Positions 57,694 through 64,000 of a stretch of 64,000 nt of DNA are shown here, piece after piece. Under the pieces are notes generated by a model. That model did not search any database and was not told where the DNA came from. It saw nothing but the letters and a program-made list of their open reading frames with translations. The translations under genes and the position numbers were made by a program. Within the stretch, counting starts at the first letter, position 1; the number at the start of each line of letters is the position of its first letter. The stretch lies in the sequence record SRR9188677_85. One strand, written 5' to 3'.

Positions 57694-59058
57694 ATGAACA
57701 AAATTCTTCTCTTTGCATTTCTGTGTCTAACTGCTGCTTGTGGCAAAAAGGATAAGCTGGTTCCCGAACCGATTGTACCTGAGGAAACTGCAAATACGAC
57801 CGAGGATACGCTTCATTTTGTAAAGGAGGTGGTAGTTCCGGGAGCCAGCGAAGTAGTCGTGGACTCTTTATCCCGAAGTATTCTGATAACATTGCCAGAG
57901 AGTTACACAAAGGACGAGATTACGTTCAAGCTGAAATTTTTTGCTGGTGCTGCTATACCTTACGGTGACGCGCTCCCGTCTCCGGATCAGTTCGAATTCT
58001 TTTTTAAAAATCACGTGCCCTTTATGTTCGACGTCACAAATGCTTCAAGGGCTACACGTTCTTTCAGGGTGTTTGTCAGGCACGAAGGACCTATAAAAGC
58101 TACAATCGATCAGACTGATGCTCCCCGTCCGGTTAACGGCGGAAACGTGTCTATACCAATAGTAATCATTTCCGGCTTAGGGACGATGCCTGAAACGCCG
58201 GCTTCCAAAGATAGTTTATCTATTGTGCTAGGTGATGAGAGAACGGGAAAGGGGATTCCTGGCTACTATTTTGCATCAGCGCTCAATTTTAGAAGTGTGC
58301 AGTCCGTTACTTCAGCAAGTAGTGTCTTTTTGAAATTATCTTATGGTCTCAAATCGATTGTTCTGGGAAAGAATCTGAAATTCTCTAGAGTAGCTTCGGT
58401 TGTGAACTCGGTTGGGGAGCATTCATTGTTTAGGCCCTTGCCTGCTGGCGAAAAGGTAACTATCTGGGGCCAGGACTTTCTTCCGAATAAAATTTATAAA
58501 GTGCGTATTGCAAGCGACTTCCAACCCGCAGCGATCACAGTTAACACCACTTATGAGAGCATGTCTGCTCTTAACTTTGTGATTCCTGCGAGCGCACAGG
58601 ACGGTTCATATTCATTGAGTATTTTAGAAGACGATGAACTCGTCAAGCGAATTCCTTGTATAATTTCTTCTAAACCAGTTACAGCCATTGGCCAAATATG
58701 GGGAACTCGAACTGAGTATCTTATGGGCTCGCCTGCGTTTATGAACACGTCTAGGAATATTCTGGCAAGAGGAAATTCATTATTCGTAAGTCCTTTTCCT
58801 GCCTTGCTGGGCGGAATGTATCAAGGTTACGACTCGAAAAAACAGTTACCCCAATTGGTGCTCACAAGCGCAGGCAAAAAGATTATTTTAGATGCAAAAG
58901 CTAGAGGAGATGCAAGCTATGCAGACGGCTCATTCGTGTTGTATTATGGCGAATACACTATTCCGGCTGACCTGCCTTCCGGACTTTATGAAGTTAGGAT
59001 GCTAAACGCTGACAAATCGGAAACGCTACCGTTTTGGAATAAAATTGAAGTTAAATGA
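57694..59058 (+). CDS. Hypothetical lipoprotein with Ig/IPT-like beta domains
   Basis: Lipobox LTAAC; G..VTI.G..F, L.F.IP....G.Y, IP.DLPSG.Y. Confidence 0.75.
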   Translation: MNKILLFAFLCLTAACGKKDKLVPEPIVPEETANTTEDTLHFVKEVVVPGASEVVVDSLSRSILITLPESYTKDEITFKLKFFAGAAIPYGDALPSPDQFEFFFKNHVPFMFDVTNASRATRSFRVFVRHEGPIKATIDQTDAPRPVNGGNVSIPIVIISGLGTMPETPASKDSLSIVLGDERTGKGIPGYYFASALNFRSVQSVTSASSVFLKLSYGLKSIVLGKNLKFSRVASVVNSVGEHSLFRPLPAGEKVTIWGQDFLPNKIYKVRIASDFQPAAITVNTTYESMSALNFVIPASAQDGSYSLSILEDDELVKRIPCIISSKPVTAIGQIWGTRTEYLMGSPAFMNTSRNILARGNSLFVSPFPALLGGMYQGYDSKKQLPQLVLTSAGKKIILDAKARGDASYADGSFVLYYGEYTIPADLPSGLYEVRMLNADKSETLPFWNKIEVK

Positions 59059-59172
59059 CACAAAGCACAAGCAAGAACAATTGAAAGATTTCTTGGTGGC
59101 AGTGTTTAACAGCAGTATAAAACAACTAAAAATAAGGTTTTGATTTACAGTATCACGACCAATCCTGAACGC

Positions 59173-60426
59173 TTACACATTGTTCTTCTTAATTGTCAGG
59201 AAATTGGCTGCCCATTGGAACGCGATAAAGCTGTAAATAAACACGACGCTTAGTGTGTTATAAAGCTCGCCTGATTCAAAAGTTTCGACGATGGCTCCGA
59301 TTCCCGTCAGAGCCATAAAAGCAGTGTAAATGATAAGCGAATATTTGTATTTGCTTGGAGCAAACATGGAACTGCATGGTACCATCATTGCAAATCCGAA
59401 TGCGGCAACAGAAAGGAATTTCTCTTCGCTAGTGATCAGATAGGCTAGAAGGCCAATCAAGAAAATTAGCAAACTCAATCCGACAAAATTGGCGCTAAGC
59501 TTTTCTTTTTTATCAAGTAAATGCTTTCCGTATTTATTAAAACGGAGAAAAAGATTGCTTACTGGTGTGATGATCCATGTCGAAAACGCAACGACAGCTA
59601 GCAGCATGATCAGCGGATTAAGGTAAGGCTGCAGACCTTCGTTTTTCTCTGCAATAAACCTTAAAAACCGGGAACCTGCATAAAAACCGATGATGACACC
59701 CCACTGGTATTTGGCTGTTAAGTTGCCGATCCAAAAAGCATATTTTAGAAAAAGTCGGTATAAAAAGTTGTTCGCTTTTAGTGCCTCTACTGTCCCGGCT
59801 TGGGCATAAGTAGAATTGGGATCGTTTTTTAATGCTTCCCGAAAGTGCTCCAGTGCTTTTTTATGGTCACCTTTTTCGAGCAGGCTCCATCCGTAATTGG
59901 AATGTGTGTAGGCATTGTTTGGATCTTCGCGTAAAGCACCCTCGATGGTTCTGAATGATTCTTCTGGTCTGTCCAGTTTAAGCAGAGCGGTGCTCCTGGT
60001 ATTGAGTCCAAGCAAGTTTTGCGGATCCAGTTCCAATGACCGGTTCGCCAGTTCCAGCGCGTGCTCAAATTGCTTCCTGTTCAATTTTATTGACGCCCAC
60101 AGTGCATAGTAGTCCGCGTCGGCCGGATCCAGTTCCAATGCCTGTTGAATGTGATTTTCCGCATCGTCGTACTTGTTTTTATGCAAGGCAATTCTAGCCT
60201 TTGTAAAAAATAAATAGGCCGAATCCGGACTGATTCCGATAGCGGTGTTGATCAGGTCGTCCGCCTTTTGAACCTGATTCAACTGAAGATTTACTTCTGC
60301 CAGCAGCAGAAGTGTATGTATATCATCCGGATCACTGCTTAGTACCTCATTCAGAATGCGTTCGGCTTCCGCATAACGTTGCTGTTGTATTAATATTTCC
60401 GCCCTTTGAAGAAGGTTAGATGTCAT
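59173..60426 (-). CDS. TPR-repeat protein with polytopic C-terminal membrane domain
   Basis: About six TPR units (ALELDP, ALREDP, ALKNDP) followed by about six hydrophobic segments. Confidence 0.88.
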   Translation of the reverse strand: MTSNLLQRAEILIQQQRYAEAERILNEVLSSDPDDIHTLLLLAEVNLQLNQVQKADDLINTAIGISPDSAYLFFTKARIALHKNKYDDAENHIQQALELDPADADYYALWASIKLNRKQFEHALELANRSLELDPQNLLGLNTRSTALLKLDRPEESFRTIEGALREDPNNAYTHSNYGWSLLEKGDHKKALEHFREALKNDPNSTYAQAGTVEALKANNFLYRLFLKYAFWIGNLTAKYQWGVIIGFYAGSRFLRFIAEKNEGLQPYLNPLIMLLAVVAFSTWIITPVSNLFLRFNKYGKHLLDKKEKLSANFVGLSLLIFLIGLLAYLITSEEKFLSVAAFGFAMMVPCSSMFAPSKYKYSLIIYTAFMALTGIGAIVETFESGELYNTLSVVFIYSFIAFQWAANFLTIKKNNV

Positions 60427-61742
60427 TATTTTTTGATTTTTAGATGATGAAGTATATCGTCGTACAACCCTGATTCATTGGCAAACAGGGCGAAATTCTT
60501 GGCCGTAGTAAACCATTCCAAAGTGCTCGACTTGTGTTTCCGGCTTGCGTTTAAAAGATCCGCCGTTTTGATGGGTTTGGGAATGCCATCAATAAAAGAG
60601 GACTCAATTTTTTCTTCGATTGCAATGTCAATCAGCGCCTCGATGTCAGCGCCGGAATAATGTTCGAGTTTCTTGGCAAGTTGCTTGTAATCGATGCCTT
60701 CTACGGGCTTGTCTTTTAATTTTAATTCAAGAATTGATTCCCTGGCAGTCTCATCCGGTGGAGGTACGAATATGATGCGATCAAACCGGCCTGGTCTTCT
60801 GAACGCCGGATCCAGATGCCACGGCGTGTTGGTTGCACCGAGAATCAGGATTCCTTCATTGTTATTGTCAATTCCATCCAATTCCTGCAAAAACTGATTG
60901 ATCAGGTGTCTGCCGCTCGATTGCTTCATATCACTTCTACTGGCTCCCAGTGCATCTATTTCGTCAAAAAATAACACACAAGGTGTATTTTGGCGTGCAA
61001 TTTCAAATATTTCATGCAGATTTCGCTCACTGCTACCAATCCACATATCAAGTATATCATTCAGGCCAACATTGATGAATCTTGCATTCACCTGTCCGGC
61101 GGTTGCCTTCGCAATAAATGTTTTTCCGCAGCCAGGAGGTCCGTAAAGTAGAATCCCACCTCCTGTTTTCTTTCCGTATGCTTTGTAAATTTCAGGGTGT
61201 AAGAGCGGCTTGATGATTTCGAGGTCAATCTCCTTTTTCACATTGTCCATCCCGCCGACATCACCGAAGTTGATTGAAGGCTTTTGAATAAAATTCCTTT
61301 CGAAATCATCCTCAAAATCTTCATCGTCAAATTCCTCAGGACCGCCTGAAACACGGAGATCCTTGTCAAATTCTTCATCCTGAAAGCCCGGATTTAATTT
61401 TAATGCCTTTTGGTAAATATCTATGGCATGTCCGACTGCATTCTCCCTCAACAGTGCCCGGGAGTACAATAGCAGCATATCAAAATTGCGAGGCTCGTCT
61501 TCAATGAGGTGTTCCAAAATCACATTGCACTTGGAATATTCGCCTTTCAGAAATGAAATTCTGGCTAGTCCGAATTTGGCCGAACTATCATTTGTGAGTC
61601 TTAACAGTCCCGTAAATTGCTCTTCAGCTTCGTCGAGCCGATTTGCCTTTAAAAGGATTTCGGCCAAATGCTGCTTTAAGGGAATATTATCAGGTGAAAA
61701 TTTGAGTGCTTCTTTTAAACTGTTGATTGAATTATCGTCCAT
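60426..61742 (-). CDS. AAA ATPase (classical Cdc48/Vps4-like module) with N-terminal TPR domain
   Basis: DVGGM, GPPGCGKT, pore loop MWIG, FFDEID, ATN.PW.LD.A.RRPGRFD. Confidence 0.93.
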   Translation of the reverse strand: MDDNSINSLKEALKFSPDNIPLKQHLAEILLKANRLDEAEEQFTGLLRLTNDSSAKFGLARISFLKGEYSKCNVILEHLIEDEPRNFDMLLLYSRALLRENAVGHAIDIYQKALKLNPGFQDEEFDKDLRVSGGPEEFDDEDFEDDFERNFIQKPSINFGDVGGMDNVKKEIDLEIIKPLLHPEIYKAYGKKTGGGILLYGPPGCGKTFIAKATAGQVNARFINVGLNDILDMWIGSSERNLHEIFEIARQNTPCVLFFDEIDALGASRSDMKQSSGRHLINQFLQELDGIDNNNEGILILGATNTPWHLDPAFRRPGRFDRIIFVPPPDETARESILELKLKDKPVEGIDYKQLAKKLEHYSGADIEALIDIAIEEKIESSFIDGIPKPIKTADLLNASRKHKSSTLEWFTTAKNFALFANESGLYDDILHHLKIKK

Positions 61743-61857
61743 ATTGTAATTGGTATTGACCAGGTAAACTGTAAAAGTCTCACATTCCCGGAGACCAACC
61801 GTTAATAATACACCAAATATTCTTCTGGAAAAAGTTTCTGAGTAGCTGAAAAAGTTT

Positions 61858-61978
61858 CATGCAGAGAGCGCAAAGGTTAAACGCAGAGGGAAACGCAAAG
61901 ACCAAGGAGTTCGTTAATTGAACTCTCCGCGTAACTCTGCGTAAAACTCCCAATAACTCCGCGTTTAAACTTTCGCGA
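61858..61978. repeat. Degenerate CGCAGAG/CGCAAAG...CTCTGCG inverted repeat cluster
   Basis: Same unit family as 24468-24604. Confidence 0.55.
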
Positions 61979-62051
61979 ACTTCAAGGCAAATTTTGAGAT
62001 TTTGGCACTACCTTAGTCAAACGCCTGATCACATCGAAATTTCACTCCAAT

Positions 62052-63176
62052 ATGACATTTACAAAATTAAAAATTATCCTGAACCTGCTTATTTTTTGCC
62101 TATTTCTAAGTGCGTTTACATCCTCAAAACAGACAAGTTCCATTAAAAGCCTTGAAAAAACGCTTGATTTGCTTATTGCAACTGTACCTGATTTCAGCGG
62201 AATTTTGTTAATCGCGGACAAAGGAAAGCCAGTTTACCACAAAGCATTTGGTTACAAAAATTTCAATACAAAGGAACCTCTTACCACAGCAAACATCGTC
62301 GAAATCGCCTCAGTTTCAAAGCAGTTTACTGCCATGACAATCATGATGATGCATGAGCAAGGAAAATTGAAATTTGACGACCCGATCGAAAAATACATTC
62401 CTGGACTGCCTTACTCAGGTATTACAATCAGAAACCTGCTTAATCATACCTCAGGTTTGCCAGATTATCAGGATGTGATGGACCAGCATTGGGATAAAAC
62501 CAAAGTAGCCAACAACGCCGACAATATTAATTATCTGATCAAATATCATCCCCCAGTACTTTTTGCACCGGGGGCCAAATATGAATATAGCAACACAGGT
62601 TATATGCTTTTGGCTAGCATCATGGAGAAAGCCTCAGGAAAAGACTTTATTGAATTTTGCCGTTCGCAGTTTTTTAAGCCTTATCGAATGACCAAAACGG
62701 ATATCCGGACATTGGACCAAAAGAAAGAATTAAAAGATCTAGCACTAGGCCACATTTACGTAAAAGAAAAGCGACGCTACGTTCCGGCAGATTCATTTCC
62801 ACAATTTAACTATGCGATATGGCTTGGTAACCGCATTGGTCCCGGAAGAGTAAGTTCGACATCAGAAGATTTATTGAAATGGGACAGAGCACTTTATGGA
62901 GGCAAACTAGTAAAACCAGAAACACTAAACCAAGCCTTTTCTCCCGCCAAACTGAATGATGGAAGTCTATCGCAATATGGCTTTGGCTGGCACATGGAAA
63001 CAAGCCCGAAGCTAGGAAAAGTAGTCCGCCACAGTGGTGACAATCCAGGTTACCAAACGCAATTCATCCGGTATATTGATGCGGATAAAACGGTGATTTT
63101 ATTTTGTAATAATGATCATGTCAGGTTGCCGGAAATTGTGAAGGGGATTGAGGGGGTGATGGAGGCTGGGGATTAG
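62052..63176 (+). CDS. Serine hydrolase, beta-lactamase class C/AmpH-like fold
   Basis: ASVSKQF (SxxK), LL.HTSG, YSNTGY (YxN), HSG. Confidence 0.9.
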   Translation: MTFTKLKIILNLLIFCLFLSAFTSSKQTSSIKSLEKTLDLLIATVPDFSGILLIADKGKPVYHKAFGYKNFNTKEPLTTANIVEIASVSKQFTAMTIMMMHEQGKLKFDDPIEKYIPGLPYSGITIRNLLNHTSGLPDYQDVMDQHWDKTKVANNADNINYLIKYHPPVLFAPGAKYEYSNTGYMLLASIMEKASGKDFIEFCRSQFFKPYRMTKTDIRTLDQKKELKDLALGHIYVKEKRRYVPADSFPQFNYAIWLGNRIGPGRVSSTSEDLLKWDRALYGGKLVKPETLNQAFSPAKLNDGSLSQYGFGWHMETSPKLGKVVRHSGDNPGYQTQFIRYIDADKTVILFCNNDHVRLPEIVKGIEGVMEAGD

Positions 63177-63467
63177 TATTTTTTTGTCAGGCGGGATTAC
63201 GGAACAGTATTTTTTATGTCAAATTTGTTGGAGACTTTTGCTGTACAGTTCATATTAGTCACTTACAAAGCAGATTCAACCAATATTTCCAGCGAAAAGT
63301 ATTTTCAAGAATTGGTACTTTAAAATCGAGTATGCGGTGCTGGGACGATCAGAATAGCTTTGATAATCGAAAACGGAAATTTTTATAATCTTTATTTTAG
63401 CATTTAGTTAGGATAAATTACGACTATTAATTCCGTACTTACTTATTATTTCATCATTGTTCCAGAA

Positions 63468-64000
63468 ATGAATTATTTAGAAAGGAATATTCAAATATTT
63501 AAAGATGTTTACAAAGGTCTCTTAAACGACCACTTGCAAAATGATGAAGGACTTGTTTTGGGAGGTCCTCACTTGATGGTAAGGGAATTGATTATTGAAA
63601 TTACAGATAACAAGCTTTCAAGGACAGAGAATAAGAAGTATTTTCAAAAAAAATTTAAAGAGATACTTAAAGAGGAATCGAAGTATTTGTCAAATCAGAC
63701 TACAAATTTTTCTCTTATTGACAAAAATTTACATACAGAAAGACTAGACTATTTACTAGAAATTTGTAGAAAAATTGAAGTGGCCTTTGACGATGGAAAA
63801 TACTTTAAATCAATTGTAGAATATTTAATTGAAGTACTAAGTGTAGATAATGGTTTTAATAACAAAGTATATGTCGATTTAAAAAATATTACACAGAAGA
63901 TTATTATAGAACTGATATTGAAGGGCTACAATATTAAATATCTTCACAACTTGGTAGACAGACTGTTTGACGAATATACAACCGATGAAAACGGGAACAT
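63468..64000 (+). CDS. AT-rich hypothetical protein, partial (runs off the window)
   Basis: Hand translation is open from ATG 63468 to the edge: MNYLERNIQIFKDVYKG...IELILKGYNIKYLHNLVDRLF...; absent from the ORF track because there is no stop. Confidence 0.75.
   Translation, partial: MNYLERNIQIFKDVYKGLLNDHLQNDEGLVLGGPHLMVRELIIEITDNKLSRTENKKYFQKKFKEILKEESKYLSNQTTNFSLIDKNLHTERLDYLLEICRKIEVAFDDGKYFKSIVEYLIEVLSVDNGFNNKVYVDLKNITQKIIIELILKGYNIKYLHNLVDRLFDEYTTDENGN

Noticed and set aside
62052-63176. Bona fide beta-lactam resistance gene regulated by the BlaI/M56 pair
   Set aside because: Generic serine hydrolase fold (HSG rather than KTG), 12 kb away, and the M56 protein lacks a penicillin-binding sensor.

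Overview
Bacteroidota chromosomal region, probably Cytophagales (Dyadobacter/Spirosoma-like). This is inferred from the SusD lipoprotein, T9SS C-terminal domains, TAnnTTTG-like promoter boxes and family-typical REP/heptamer repeats. Positions 1-23 kb hold a SusD gene, eight Cys-type sulfatases (one frameshifted), an orphan periplasmic binding protein and a secreted esterase-GH44-like fusion. Three signals missing from the ORF track suggest this is a sulfur-starvation sulfate-ester scavenging system rather than a classic polysaccharide locus: (i) a 30-aa leader ORF ending in Cys-Cys-Cys-stop (13076-13168); (ii) a downstream 310-aa binding protein with no Cys and only the initiator Met; (iii) a recurring TCTAC-N7-GTAGA palindrome upstream of several genes. 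The rest is an accessory patchwork: detox/redox genes, a periplasmic sugar-oxidation module, a cryptochrome/photolyase operon, BlaI/M56, peptidases, a porin, a candidate structured ncRNA near 57.0-57.3 kb, a TPR-AAA ATPase/TPR-membrane pair and the start of an AT-rich ORF at the right edge. I saw no rRNA, tRNA, CRISPR array or intact transposase. All product calls come from motif recognition by eye, not database searches.
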